Assembly (NCBI GenBank): GCA_024137785.1
Contig: JAHRHZ010000019.1
Span: forward strand, 31,112,129-31,176,128
Direction: 5' to 3'
Origin: Ginglymostoma cirratum
Lineage: Eukaryota
Length of the DNA: 64,000 nt
The notes below the pieces were generated by a model. The model was not told where the DNA came from. It worked only from the letters and a program-made list of their open reading frames with translations, and ran no database searches. Position numbers and translations under genes: made by a program. This document shows, piece after piece, positions 1 through 12,680 of the stretch; positions within the stretch are counted from its first letter, which is position 1; the number at the start of each line of letters is the position of its first letter.

Positions 1-35
1 CTGTTCAGAATCAGAACAATTAATTGATAATATCT
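1..35 (-). other. Candidate 3' splice acceptor; the next exon would start just outside the window
   Basis: Reverse complement reads ...attaattgttctgattctgaacAG, ending exactly at position 1. Confidence 0.35.
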
Positions 36-571
36 TGTGCATTACACCATGACTGGAATTATGAGAAACTACAGTAACTACTACTTTTAACACTGTATAA
101 CATACTACAGCAGTTCACAATAACATAAAATAAATCCTGATCTAATAGAATAAACCAATGAAATTAGCTAAAATGTTTGTAGATGTGATGTTTCATTTTG
201 AAATTCTTGCAAGTGAAAAAAGGAAGGAGGGGGATCAGTTGCTGAGCCAGTTAGACTGTGCTAAATAATCATAATGCCTTGTGCACCAGAGATTCCCTAT
301 CTACAGAGAGCCATAAAGCCTTGGGGGAAAGACGTGAAAAATAGCTTATAAACTGCGTGTGGGTTGGTAAATCTAAAACAGTTGTCTCATATCTTCAGGC
401 AAAACTGGTCCAAGAGATCCATACAGATGCAGTTATATTGCATGGCATGAAACTTACAAAGTGGACGTTGGCCTAGCCAGAAAGATATAGCATTCGCAAG
501 GGAATGTGGTGCAAATTTACAACATGCTGTAGAGGTCCTAAGAGAGAAACTGCCCAACATTCAAACTACTT

Positions 572-715
572 NNNNNNNNNNNNNNNNNNNNNNNNNNNNN
601 NNNNNNNNNNNNNNNNNNNNNNNNNNNNNNNNNNNNNNNNNNNNNNNNNNNNNNNNNNNNNNNNNNNNNNNNNNNNNNNNNNNNNNNNNNNNNNNNNNNN
701 NNNNNNNNNNNNNNN
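572..715. other. Assembly gap (144 N)
   Basis: Run of N. Confidence 1.
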
Positions 716-1179
716 AAACCTCAATCAAGTTACCCGTGTTTTAACCACTAAATCATACAGACACTACCGTTTGAACCTAACTAGGAACTAACGCATTTTA
801 AAATGCAAATTAATTTGTGGCTCCCAATTCTTTTGAAACCTTAAGAGCCCATGCCTGAACTTTATTCCGTCCTTTCTTTTTCCAGTTGCTCACTGTCTAG
901 TCAAGCGGTCTATTTTTTACCCTTCTGTTTCCGTTTGAGATTTTGTAGCATTTGCAGTTGTATTTTCCCATATAAAACAAAATTACATTGTTTTAAATAG
1001 CAAACAGTGGTTCCCTTTTACTTATTATTTTACTACTTTTAAAGAATCTGACTGGGGCTAAAACTCCCTATTAACTTTTCCATCTCTCCATTATAAATTT
1101 AACAATGTTCCACTTTTTTTTAAATCTACTCAGATCTTCCCTTTTTAAACATTCTTTTGTGAAAATTGAAATTGAATGA

Positions 1180-1620
1180 GCATTGCTGAAAAAAAGACAT
1201 TTTATTGAAGCTTTTCAAACTGCATGCATCAGGACAATTTGCAAGAACACCAGGTAGACTCTACCTGCTAGACACATTGTGACTGGTTTAGGGTTGTTTC
1301 ATACTGTGTTATGCATTGGCAACACTATGGGTGTTTGCCATAACAGGATGTTACTGTAAGGCCAAAAGGATATCCTATCCATCGCTAAAATGAGGATGTG
1401 GTATATCAATTTGAGCGCCAGGTATGTAGGCAGTAGGTTCCAAAGAGTCACGATTTGTATCAAACAGCCTATCCCTTCAACTATTCACAATAAGCAAAGT
1501 ATTGGCTGTATCCAAATTGGGCTGAACAAACTAAAGTCTCTTGGCTACAACATTTTGATGGCTCTTGACTAGGTGACCATAGCTTGTGTGGGGCCAGTGC
1601 ACAGAATGACCCAACTGGCA
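1180..1620 (+). mobile_element. Old Penelope-like element fragment: GIY-YIG endonuclease remnant preceded by an inverted pLTR piece
   Basis: ORF 1390-1572 has ..ARYVGSRFQRVTICIKQ.., resembling the PLE YVG-T-RL--RIKQH motif; minus strand 1207-1232 reads CTGATGcatgcagtttGAAAAGCTTC, a degenerate hammerhead. Confidence 0.65.
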
Positions 1621-1655
1621 AAACAAAGGCATAAAAAAATCCCACTGTGATTCGT

Positions 1656-1770
1656 GATAACAAGCGTGGGGCTGGATGTCCTGCTCCTATGATGCTGCTT
1701 GACCTGCTGTGTTCATCAGCCCCACGCTTGTTATCTCGGATTCTCCAGCATCTGCAGTACCTTTTATTTC
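1656..1770 (+). mobile_element. Young PLE mini-insertion: inverted pLTR head + pLTR 3' end + tail
   Basis: 15-bp TSD cccactgtgattcgt at 1641-1655 and 1771-1785; 1656-1678 is the near-exact reverse complement of about 1714-1735; same family as copies at 14.5, 34.1, 44.1, 51.6 and 58.5 kb. Confidence 0.9.
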
Positions 1771-2547
1771 CCCACTGTGATTCGTAATCTCTCTCAAGTA
1801 TGGAGGTATCAGAAAGTCTCCAACAACAGGAACCTGTCTCCAGAAATCTTGTGTTGAAGGAGGAATAAAATATCTTTAAAGATAACGAAAGGATGAAATT
1901 TCAAACAGAAAATGAAAGAGAGCATCAGTGTGTAAACAAACTTTGTAAACAGTAAAGAACTAAAAGAGATTAGAAGAAATGGAAGGAAATGTCACATTGA
2001 ATCCCAAAGTTCAGACTCGTGCTATCAAACTGTTTTGCTTTTGTTTCATTGTCCACCCTAAGCATCCAGTTTTTCTTTATCCATCTGTCTTTCTTCTTCT
2101 GTGAGGGGCAGAATTTGCAGGATTGAACGTTGTGTTAACAATTCATATTTCCTAAATGCCATTGGGTAAAGATAATCAATTATCAAAATAAAGTCAATTT
2201 CTGAAGTATAGAAACCTAGTCAGTGTTTTCATTTAACTTATGTTCCTAGTTGAGGTAAATTGGGGACTCTGGTTAGTTTGACTAAATTTTTTCATGTTTG
2301 TGCAGACTCCAGGAATAGTGGAGTTTGATTTCCAGTACACTAATCCAGTAACTCATGGCAATTTTTGTATTGCAGACCCCATAATAAAAGTTAAATATTG
2401 TTATAACCAGAAATGAAAACAACCGGATGGATCAGAGCTTTGCTTCTTTCAAATGTTCCTTCAACAAGAAAGCAACCTAAAATCATGTGGCTTTATCAAA
2501 ACAAATCCATATACAAATATAGTAATCCAAGCAAAATTAAATTGTAC

Positions 2548-2670
2548 CTTTCAAGCATACGGAAGGCCACAACTGCTCATATTTTAAGCTTCTACACAGT
2601 TTACTGTTCTTGAGAAATTAATTTTGGGTTTTTTTTATCCAGTCATTTTGACTTCGTTTTTAATATATGT
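2548..2670 (-). other. Candidate non-coding (5'UTR) exon, 123 nt
   Basis: Acceptor gcctttctAG, donor AAG|GTACAA; stops in all three frames; two short uORFs (MTG*, MSSCGLPYA*). Confidence 0.35.
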
Positions 2671-3679
2671 CTAGAAAGGCGCAATATATTTGCATAGCAA
2701 TTTCCAACATTTCCAAAAGCCTTTGGCTAATCTGACAAGTAGCCAAGTAGCCTATTTCACATTCCATGCGCACATTATTTACGCAAACTGAAAATATTTC
2801 TCAAACAGATGAGTTATGGACTCATAGTTAGAGATGACTACGATCAATAAATCTATCAACACCTTCAACATACAATGTTTGAAAAAAATCTTGCGGACAG
2901 AAACTTATCCTAACCCAGTAATCCTGTGAACCTTTCAGCAGCAATTAGTATAAATTAGTACAATTCTCTAACTTCCTCTCTATTAAACAAAAAAAGTCTC
3001 AATTTTCAAATAATACCATAGGCAATTAAATGTAGCAAGTTACCACAGAAATGCTCTTTTCATCTGATTAAGCTTCCACTCCATCAGGTGATATGTTTTG
3101 TTACCAAGTTACAATTTAATACCAAGACCTTTCTCAATGCATTAGCAGCTGAATTTTTGCTTGATAATTCTCTTCTCCTTAGCTGCCGCAAGTGTCTGGT
3201 TAAATACAAAAAGTACTTTTTTTTTAAACTTTTGCACAATGTTGCAATAAGCTGGATGCAAGGCTCCTTTTACATTTGACAACAGTAGCAAATAGGTGGA
3301 ATAAACAAACTTCATTTATTATCTATAGTATGTGTTTTTAAATTGGAAACATTTTAGTGGCTGTGAACGCTTCAGTGGCTTCAAATGAGTAAATAAAAAT
3401 CTGCATACTCTTCAACGCGTACTTAGGGCAATAATTTAAACAAGGTCGTCATAGATAAATTTCCTTGCAAAAGGACATACGAACAGGCTTCTCTATTCCA
3501 GACAGGCTACATTAATCAATTAAACCCACAAACCCAGCAAAAGAAAATTGATGAGAAGAAAACTCTTCTCCTCCTCTTGCACATTTTCACCTCCACCACC
3601 TTCCTCCCAAACTCAAACGTTTCGAGCATAATACTCAGTTGAAAACGGTTTCAACACTTGAAATAAAATATATTCTTAC

Positions 3680-3746
3680 CACAATTGCTGGAGACAAAGT
3701 CTAGCTGCGCAGCCATTGAATCAGCTTTTTTGAAAAAATAAGGTAT
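3680..3746 (-). other. Candidate exon, 67 nt, with an ATG at 3716 reading MAAQLDFVSSNC(G..) up to the donor
   Basis: Strong acceptor gttttcttttccccttgaaatcAG and donor GTG|GTAAGA; one frame open; repeat-free surroundings. Confidence 0.6.
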
Positions 3747-3959
3747 CTGATTTCAAGGGGAAAAGAAAACAATGAAACTTCTGGTGGTTATAACAGCTAC
3801 ATATGTTATTCAAATCCACTTCTATGTATATTAATTATAAAGGTAGAATCTCCCTGAAACACACAACAACAGGAGAATTACTGGGATGAGTTGTACAGAA
3901 AAGGAACAAAGGTTAAAATGAATGAGTGAAAACTAGGCTAACAGAGGTGTGGCAGCTGC

Positions 3960-4070
3960 AACCTGATTGGACTACGTCACGTAATTAAGACTTTGGCAAA
4001 CAAAGTTTCCTGTATTCAAAACTACAGATAGACCTAACCTTTGTAAGAGCATGAGCCAATCTGATTGATG
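3960..4070. promoter_or_regulatory. CCAAT plus CRE/bZIP-like motif cluster (possible internal promoter or enhancer)
   Basis: gATTGGactACGTCACGTAAtt at about 3965-3985 and agCCAATctgATTG at about 4053-4066. Confidence 0.35.
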
Positions 4071-6635
4071 AATACCAAAGGCCTCTGTTGGCATGAGGTG
4101 GCACAATGTGTAGTAAATAATATTACAGACTGTAGCAGACTGTGACGGCAGTCAACAAACACAATGTGCTGCAGCCTTTCCACTAGGTCAGGAGATAGTT
4201 CATAAAGCTTAAGGCAAAATTTGAGAGTACAGGGAAAAAGACCGTTCACTCGTAACAACTTAACTAAAAGTTAGAGAAATGCGTTGGTGCTTAAAATGAA
4301 TAGCATATTTTGCATTTTATGTAAAAAAACTTCATAATTTCTAGCCAATATTTTTCAGATAAACTACAATAGCAAACTAACACTTCAATTTCTATGCCAT
4401 TATAATAATTTGAAGGTTACCCAAAGTAAACAAAGCAACTTTATTTCTAATAGTTACACTGCACTGATTTAGTCTTGCCCTTTTGTCACCACTTAAATTC
4501 CACTTCCTAAAATCCCCAACTGTCTATATAAACACTTCTGCTGAGAAGACGCGGTCATTTATTTGAAATTGCCCACATAAATGGTTAGCAATAAATACGT
4601 TGCAGCTCCAGATTTTGCAGCAAGAATAATCATGAGGCTATTAGAATTATTAAGGAATAAATGAAACAGCAACTACCAGTTCGCGCGCACACAAACACAA
4701 ATCAGTAAGTGTCCAATTTGCCTCATTCCTCCACAAGCTTAACTACGGAAACATGAGTGAGAGGCTCAGCACTCAAATACACAAAGATTTGAAACTGGGG
4801 TACATACCCTATGGATACCCACTAAGCTCAAGATAAAAAAAATTAAGAACTGACTTTTTAAATATAGGTAATTCTTTAAAAATTGTGCAAAATCTTAACC
4901 ATACCCAAGCAAACCTTTTTGACTCCAAAAATTTACTTGAACACGTGTAGGTTTATGCCTTCAGATTTTAATTATTATTTTAATTACTTTTTTTTAAGAA
5001 ACGTCTCCTTTACCTCCCAAACTTACTTTTCTTTCTCCATTTAAATCTCTGCACTTGATTCTACATTTAATGGAATATTCCAATTTTTACCTCCTGGTTT
5101 GGACTCTGCACGCTGCAGTCAAAATGTTTTGTGAAAATACTGTAGCTTGCCTAGTTCATATAAGTTCCAGATCTCCCCTTGAACCCCTTCAAAAACAAAA
5201 AACAAAAACTACATTGGCTGAAACACCAAATGTCATTGCAGAAGCCTACAGAAATTCTAGGGAAAGTGTTCTCTACGGATAACAAAAATCTCTGTTCTTG
5301 TTAAGGAACACGGGTTTCACAGAAAGATGAATCATACAATGTAATCTGTAAACAGTTAAAAATCTTGACACTGCAGTGGGGGCATTCAATGTGTCTCCTG
5401 GAACACAAAATAACGTTCCTTAACCAGCACTGCCTTATTCAGATGTTCAGGAGAAAACCAGTTTCCATCTCACACGGTGAACCTCAACTATCAGGAATGT
5501 GCAAGATCAATAGTCCTACATCCAGGCTAATGAGTCAACTAAACTTAATTACATACATTTTGAGTATTCTTTTCTCAGTTTTCCATTCCTCCATCCATAA
5601 CCTCAAATGCTCTCAGCTATTCCAATACAGCGATCAATCTTAGTCTATAGTTAACCATCAGGAAAAAAAGAGAACTGAACTAGGATAGGGGATACTTTAC
5701 CTTTTCCTTCCTTCTGTCCTGAATACATCTAGTTTTAGGAAAAATTATGAACAACAGGCAGTAACCATTCAGAGGAAAATGAAATAGTGTACATTTGAAG
5801 CTTAAGTACACAAGACTGCATGTTCTTGCAAGTTTTCATATTTGATAAAATTCAGGGAATTGGTTTTAACACAAGCTGATTTATAGATGGCCAGCCAAAT
5901 ATTTACAGTACGTTGTGTTTCTAGTGTCTCAAAGGCTCCAGTTTGAGCTCGATAACAGAGATTCAGAATGGAATTGAAGGCTGGAGGGGCGAAGGTAGAG
6001 AACAAAAAAAACAAATCAAATCTACAATCACACCTCACTATTATGACTGAGGAAATTAATTCAAATGGAAAGTATGATTAACTTTTGGAAGTTAAAGAAC
6101 AAACAGGTGAACTGGAAATTCACAAATTAGAAACTGAAAAAAAACTTCCATATAATCTCTCAAAAGATTCCCTGAGAGGCTGGCATTGACACATCTTATT
6201 TTGCATAATTTTCAAAGACCAAAAAAATGTTTCTTTCCTTTTTTAAAAAACTGAATAAAAGATGAGAAGACGACAACAATCTTTGTAATGGAGCTATGGT
6301 GGAGCAGGCTCAGACTCAGCTAGATAGACAGAACAAAAATAAGTAGCTTAGTTCAAGAATAAAGTTAAGAACTCAAAAGGATTGCGAACTACAGTTAGAG
6401 AGTGAAAGATAGCCAAATATATACAATGAAAATGAAGAGGAGGCAGCTTTGCTCTGGCAACAACTGAAAGAGAAATTGAGAAGAAAAACAGAAAAGGAAG
6501 AGCAATAATCAAATGGGTGGATAACAGCGAGGCATATACTGAAGATAGCTGAAAAAAAGATAAAGAGCAAGATAATGCCTGGAGCTGCATTAAGGGTAAG
6601 GTGGCAACAAATGAACAATTTCTTACATCTGTTTA

Positions 6636-6750
6636 AGAACATAAGAAATAGGAAGAGTCGTCGTTGTCCATCTGGCTCCTCAAGCCTGCTCTGCAATTCA
6701 ATAAGATCATGGCTCATCTTTTCATGGACTCAGCTTCACTTAGCCTGTCA
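6636..6750 (-). mobile_element. CR1-type LINE 3' tail fragment
   Basis: Reverse complement matches the tail of the well-preserved copy at 21.5-21.8 kb. Confidence 0.75.
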
Positions 6751-6939
6751 TATGAGCTAGTGGATACCTTCATAGAAATTAATTTAGCGCTCTCAAATGA
6801 ATTAGCTCAGCAAATAATTCATGCTAACTCTATATATAAATTTTATGAGCAACTTGTATTTACAATGCATCCTTAATTCTGGGGAGTGGTGGCGGTGGTG
6901 GTGGTGGTGTGATGGGAGAAAGAGGGAAGATGGGGGTGG

Positions 6940-7240
6940 TGCCGCTGTGGCAAATGTCAGTAACCTAGAATGCCAGGGCACTGTTCTGAGGACATTGGTT
7001 CAAATACCACCATAGCCGATGGTGAAGCTTAAATTCAATAAAAATCCGGAATAGAACGGCAACCACGTAACCACGATCAATTATCATAATTGTCTACCTG
7101 GTTCACTATTGCACTTTGCACAAGGAAATCTGCCATCCTTAATTGGTCTGACCTATACGTGACTCCAAGATAGTTGACTCTTAATTGCCTTGGACAATTA
7201 GGAATAAGCAGTAACTTTCACATCCCAAAAACAAAAAGAA
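6940..7240 (+). mobile_element. tRNA-derived SINE with LINE-like tail
   Basis: B-box-like ggttcaaatacc; body aaggaaatctgccatcctt...gtgactcca shared with the copy at 21.15-21.46 kb; A-rich end. Confidence 0.75.
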
Positions 7241-8879
7241 AATGTTGGAAGCACTTTTGTGGGAGTAGAACAGAAAACAATGGACAAAGATCTAAAGAAG
7301 CAGAGAATAAGTACCTAAAATTTATCTCATTAATCAAACTTTTAAGAAGTGTCTTAAAAGAGAAGGAAGAAATATAGAGGTTTAGGGGGGAATTTCAAGA
7401 GCTTGGGTTAGAAGACTGATAGTACAGACATTGACGGTGATACCCGAACAACTAGAGCTACAGGAGTGCACAGCTTCAATTGCTGCAATTATTTGAACAC
7501 ATACAGGAAGTACCTTGAACACTGGCAGGCAGACATGATGGGCAAGATGGAAGAAGTCAATAAAACATGTCTGCAAAAACAGCATTTATGTACCTTGGTT
7601 TCAACTGCCCCAACTAGCTTAAGTTTTATTAATACACTATTGAGCTGGAAGAAAGACTCATGAATGATAATTCTCAATTTAACACAATTATGTAACAGGT
7701 ATGGAATTTAAGAACACTTGCCATTTTCTATTAACTTTATTCATATATTAACCATCGAAGAACATCCCCATAATTCCTAAAATTCTACAATTCTGCACGT
7801 AACTAAAAATATTTTCCTAACTTCAGGATAACAATTTAAGTTTTTGATGTTTGAGTTAAACTTGATACTGTTCATTTGCTGACTAAAAACCACTTAGTTT
7901 ATTGACTAATCAGCAAAGAGAGAACATCATCATGCAAATATAGCCATTAACTACAATCCATGGTTAAGGGAAACTAGAAAGTTGAGCTGGTCTTGGAACC
8001 AAGTGACCCACATGATTTTATCATGTCATATAATGCTGCACACAGTGCTCCAGAATATCAAGAATATAGAGATATTATTTGTAATCAAGTTAATAGATCC
8101 TACAATACTCTGTTTCAAAAGCACACTGTCAGGCAAGGACTTCATAACTCACCAGTCTCAAAGCTCATTACTTCTAGAATATGCTTAAAACCTAAACCAA
8201 CAGTTAAACATAGTTCCTTCACAGGCCTCCCAACATACTTTAACACGTCATTTCTCTACCTTTCTAGCAAGTAATTTACCAGATCGAATTTGACCTGCTT
8301 TTTGTGAACTGTATGTACCTGGGCAATTTACCACTTTCTCAGAAAGGCATCAGTGTTATTGCAGTGCTAGGAGAGCCCAGTGTAATTAGCCAGTTCAGGA
8401 GCACAAGTCTTAGCACTACAGCTATCATGCAGTCTGCTCTGCTATTTCTTGATATCTCAAAGCATTTGAATTGACAGCAGTCTGTCAGCTGAGATGGTAG
8501 GGACTTCAGCAGCCACCACTCAGTACTTGTATCTGAAGGCTTATCTTTTACACTCCCACAATGGGCTCCACAGTTACTCGTCATTAAGGAATGGTAACAT
8601 GACACTTAAGTCTCAATGTGACTAACCAGGGTCAACATTATTTTATGAAAGGGAAAGTTTTTGATGATACCACATCAGGAGCACTATGCACCCTTTCAAT
8701 TGCCATACGTTCGAGTGAGAGACAGGGAGGGAGGGGAGGTTCATTGTAGTTGCAGCTCGATTCCTAGAATGAGACAATAGCAGGAAGTCCTCCCTTTATC
8801 CCGGAATGTGCCAGAGGGCCACTGACAGTGTGGTAAGTGGTCCAAAAATGAAGAAAATTCTTAATGGAGATTGAATCAG

Positions 8880-9525
8880 ATGGTTATTTATTCTGTACAA
8901 TTTAGAAGAATGGAAACTTGTAATATTTGTTTATGAAGGTTGATGAGGTGTTCAGAACTGTTTCCCCAAGTTACCATCTCTAGAATAAGTAGGCATACTC
9001 TCAGGATAAGGAGACCAACACTTATCGGAGACAAAAAGAAATTTCTTCGCGTAAAGGGTTGGAATTCATTTAAAGAATTGTGTATATTCAAGGCCGAGAT
9101 CAACAAATGTTTGCCTTCCAAGGGAAACAAGAAGTTCTTGTGGCATAGTGGGTTGTGTCTCTGCTTCTGAGCCAGAAGAGTCTCACCCAAGACTTGATGG
9201 CTGTGAAAAGGTGTGTTTGTGGCCTGGTGAAATAGGCTGATCAACTTGCAAATACACACCAACTCCAAGAGGTAAAAGTAGCAGTGATTATTGATCAGCC
9301 AGGTGTTATAATGAATATTAGTGCCTCTACATTCATGTAAAAAGTGCGTGCTACCATACCAACTTGCATTCCCAAATTAACTATACCACAACACTATCAA
9401 GGGAGCGAAGTGAAATGGGGATCAGATGGGAAAATGGAAATGAGGTCCAGGATGAGCCATAATCTTATTTAATGATGAAACAGTCGAGGGGATAAATGAC
9501 CTAATTCTGCTCCCATTTCTTACGG
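8880..9525 (+). mobile_element. CR1-type LINE 3' fragment, interrupted by a short tRNA-derived SINE (about 9130-9245)
   Basis: Degenerate CR1 3' coding end (ttcttc..gggtt..ggaattc) and tail; SINE head gttcttgtggcatagtgg shared with 11861, 39215 and 53150. Confidence 0.6.
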
Positions 9526-9544
9526 TCACCACGAAGGATAGGTT

Positions 9545-10720
9545 TGTTCACAGAACCTCCTTCTCCTGATATAGTTATTTAATTGTCTTCCACCATTCAT
9601 AAATGGAAATGGCAATACTGCAGAACTTTGACCTTCTGTTTCTACTGTAGCTTCACCAGGTTGGCACCTTATTTTGAAAAGGTAATCTAGGCATTGCTCC
9701 TACCATACTTGCGTGCATGCCCTTTGAACCAAGGTTGGCCTACTGGCATGATAATGGCTGAATGAGGAACATGGCATGTCATGAGGATGCTGATTATGTT
9801 CCATCTTCAGCCGCACAATTTTGCTGCCAAAGATGGCTACACAAACACCTAACCGACAGCTGCTAAACATTTCCTGAATCTATCCCATTTAGCACAGTGC
9901 TGGTGCCACATGCCATGGTTAAGGCTGTAATGATTGGACTTCACAGTCCACCAGGACTGTGCCCTGATCTCACACTTCACAGGCAGATATATTTGTTACA
10001 GGTAGATTTGATAAAGACAGGATCAAGTAGGCTTTTTTTCTCTCTTTTGATGGATCTCTCGCCACCTGGCACAGATCCAATTTGACATGACATGTCCCTC
10101 AAGGCTCAGACAGCTCAATCAATAATGAAGTGGCCCAGCAACTCCTTGGTAGAAACTCAAGTTACAATTCAGAGTTCATTCTCTGTTTCTTCAGCACTTC
10201 TTTCAAGCTGTTGTCAACATAGAGGACTAATCCATCAGCTGAAGAGGATATAGGTGGTAACAAGTAAGGACTGCTGTTGCCAACATCTAATTTGATGACA
10301 TGAAACTTCATGGGGTCTAGTCAATGTTTACAACTCCCATGGCCACATCTTCCTAGCTGTATGCCACCTATGGTTGAAACGTCCTGAATACCCTGAAATG
10401 ACAAAGGTTGTGTCTGGCTGCGAGTTATGAGATGCCAGTACAACTAATTCAGTTGCTGCCCAGTCTGAGAGATAGTTTCACAACTTTAGCACAAGTTTCC
10501 AGATGTCAGCAAAGAGAATTTAAGGTTGACTGGGCAGCATATACTTCTGTTATATCAGTATCTAATTGCCAGATCGATGCTGGGGTCGATCTGGTTTTTG
10601 TCTTCTGGTTTGCTGCAGTGCTTTTGAGAAAGCAGAGCGCCTTACCAGGCCATTATAGAGACAGCTGAAAATGAACTAACCACACCACTATAGGCATGGA
10701 GTTACCTAGAAGTCAAACTG
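9545..10720 (-). mobile_element. Old degenerate LINE (CR1-clade) fragment
   Basis: Degenerate endonuclease-region-like sequence; no open frame. Confidence 0.45.
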
Positions 10721-10759
10721 GAAAAAAAAACAGAATTCCTCCTCTAAAAGAAATTAATT

Positions 10760-10930
10760 ACCAAATAGACATTTTTTTCTAATCTGATAGTTTCACAGCT
10801 ACCATGTTAGCTTTTATTTCCAGATTTAATTAAACAACTGAATGCAAGTTTTTCAGCTGCCGTGGCAGGATTTGAACTCATGTCTCTGAACATTTAATCC
10901 AGGCATTTGGATTGCTAGTCCAATAATGTT
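10760..10930 (-). mobile_element. tRNA-derived SINE 5' part
   Basis: Reverse complement ggactagcaatcc...gagttcaaatcctgccacggcag matches the SINE heads at 6940 and 21145. Confidence 0.6.
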
Positions 10931-11711
10931 TTGCAACTATATTTAGGGTTTAAAGTCATGACTTAGATGCTTTTAGCAATTAAGTAAGGAGATTGAACAT
11001 AAGCCAATACAGCATCTCCACAGACAGATATGATCACAATGCTCAATACACAGCTCTGAAGGCTGACATGTAAGACATCAAAAAAAAATCACCATTGGAT
11101 ACTGTCTGAATATCCAACAGTTTCTCAAAATGCCTTAAATCACTCACTGCACGACATTGAGTAAAATTTCTAAGAACCCCTGACTTAACATGTAATGAAT
11201 AGTAAGGTATTGTATGTGGTTCCATTAGAGGTATTTGGTTCCTCGTTTAAGCTTTTTCTCAAAGTTTCTGGGCAGGAAAGCAAAAATTGATACAGCTAGT
11301 AATTGCTTTGAATTTGCCAAGTTTCATTAGGAAATTCGAGATCTTTAAAAAGGTATTTTGTTCATACAAAACAACCAACTCTTATAAGTGGGCTTTGTAG
11401 ATATCTCAGGCAGCATTTCCATCTGAGCAAGTGAGCCAAAATTGATGAGAGACAGCATAAACAGAATTCTGTGCCAACATAATTCACCAAAGAGAACAAT
11501 CACAAAGTGCATGATATAATGCCAACCTACAAAGACATTGAGATTTTTGGTGTAAAGAGGGCACACCCATGTGCTAGATACACAGTCACTAAACACAATA
11601 GTACGCACCACTAGAATGCACAAAAGACAAGTCAACAGGAAAAGTGTTTTGTTATTTGCAGTGGGAATGTGCATGCAAATGTATAATATGACTTCAGGTT
11701 TATAACATTAC

Positions 11712-11812
11712 TTGTATTCAAAAAGGTGAGTACAATTTATTTCAGGTTCATGAGCAGCTAGAAGCAGCAAGAAGTCTTCCCCTCCTTCCGGAATTTATCC
11801 GAGGACTGCCAT
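11712..11812 (-). other. Candidate non-coding (5'UTR) exon, 101 nt
   Basis: Acceptor tttttcggtcttgcAG, donor CAA|GTAATG; retains several CpGs; stops in all three frames; begins with uORF MAVLG*. Confidence 0.5.
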
Positions 11813-12349
11813 CTGCAAGACCGAAAAATTACGAGTTGGCAATAAGGCCATAAGTCTCGAGGGCTCTTGTGGCACAGTGGCAGTGTTCCTATCTCTGAGC
11901 TAGGAGGCCTGGGTTCACATTTTTGCTGTCAGGTTCTTTAGAACCATGATAATCTTTTTTAAAATTGTCAAATTTCCACAGTAAATATGTACTTTTGATT
12001 CTTTACGATATCTCCTTCCAACAAAGGAAAATATTCAAAGGTTAACACTTTCCTTCCAAAGGCTGCAACTTTTCCGGTGTATTGCAGACAGTTTAAAAAA
12101 GGTTTGCTAAATATGTCTCATGGAATTCTGTTTTGAACTGATACACAGAACTAGTCTGTCCAGCTGTAAAGTTATCTTTTGTGACAGGAAATCATAGATT
12201 TGCCGGACCCTGTGACTTCATATTAAGTTGTTGGATCAAGATTCTGTCTTCTGCTATGTTATTTTATTATTGCTGGATAAGAACACTAAGATGCCTTTTT
12301 GCAATTTCAGAAAAAATAACAGTAATATGATATTTTTGCAACCCATATT

Positions 12350-12680
12350 ACAAATTAATAAATCTTACTGAAACTCACAAAATTCTTACAGGGTGAAAAA
12401 TGTCAGATGTTTGCCCTGGTTAGTGACTTTGGAACCAGGGGCATTAATCTCAGTATAATGGGACAGCTCATCTAAGATTGAGAGGAGGAAGAATTCACTT
12501 GGAGGATAGTGCATCATTGGGATTCTCTACCCAAATGTGCTGTGGAAACTCAAATCATTGAGCAGATTGAAGACTGATATTGATAGGTTTCTGGAGACTA
12601 ATAACATTAAGGCATATGGAAATAGTGTAGGAAAATTACATTGAGGAGTTGATGGACTGAAAATCTACTGTTTCCCAAGT
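12350..12680 (+). mobile_element. CR1-type LINE 3' fragment
   Basis: gaaccaggggcat...ggattctctaccc...gctgtgga motif series as in the 21.5 kb copy. Confidence 0.7.

Noticed and set aside
3103-3195. Additional minus-strand exon (HLRQLRRRELSSK..)
   Set aside because: The acceptor is plausible but the donor is weak, and the open frame is incompatible with the phase of the 3680 exon.
1364-5424. U12-type signals: ATATCCTTT (minus, 1364-1373) and TTCCTTAAC (5300-5308 minus, about 5416 plus)
   Set aside because: The donor lies inside a PLE relic, the order on the strand is wrong for one intron, and such 9-mers are expected by chance in 64 kb of AT-rich DNA.
11735-11760. In-frame TGA codons near Cys as possible selenocysteine
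   Set aside because: No SECIS seen and no selenoprotein similarity; the exon is better explained as UTR.
11927-12350. Solo LTR (TG...CA)
   Set aside because: No TSD, no second copy, and no PBS/PPT.
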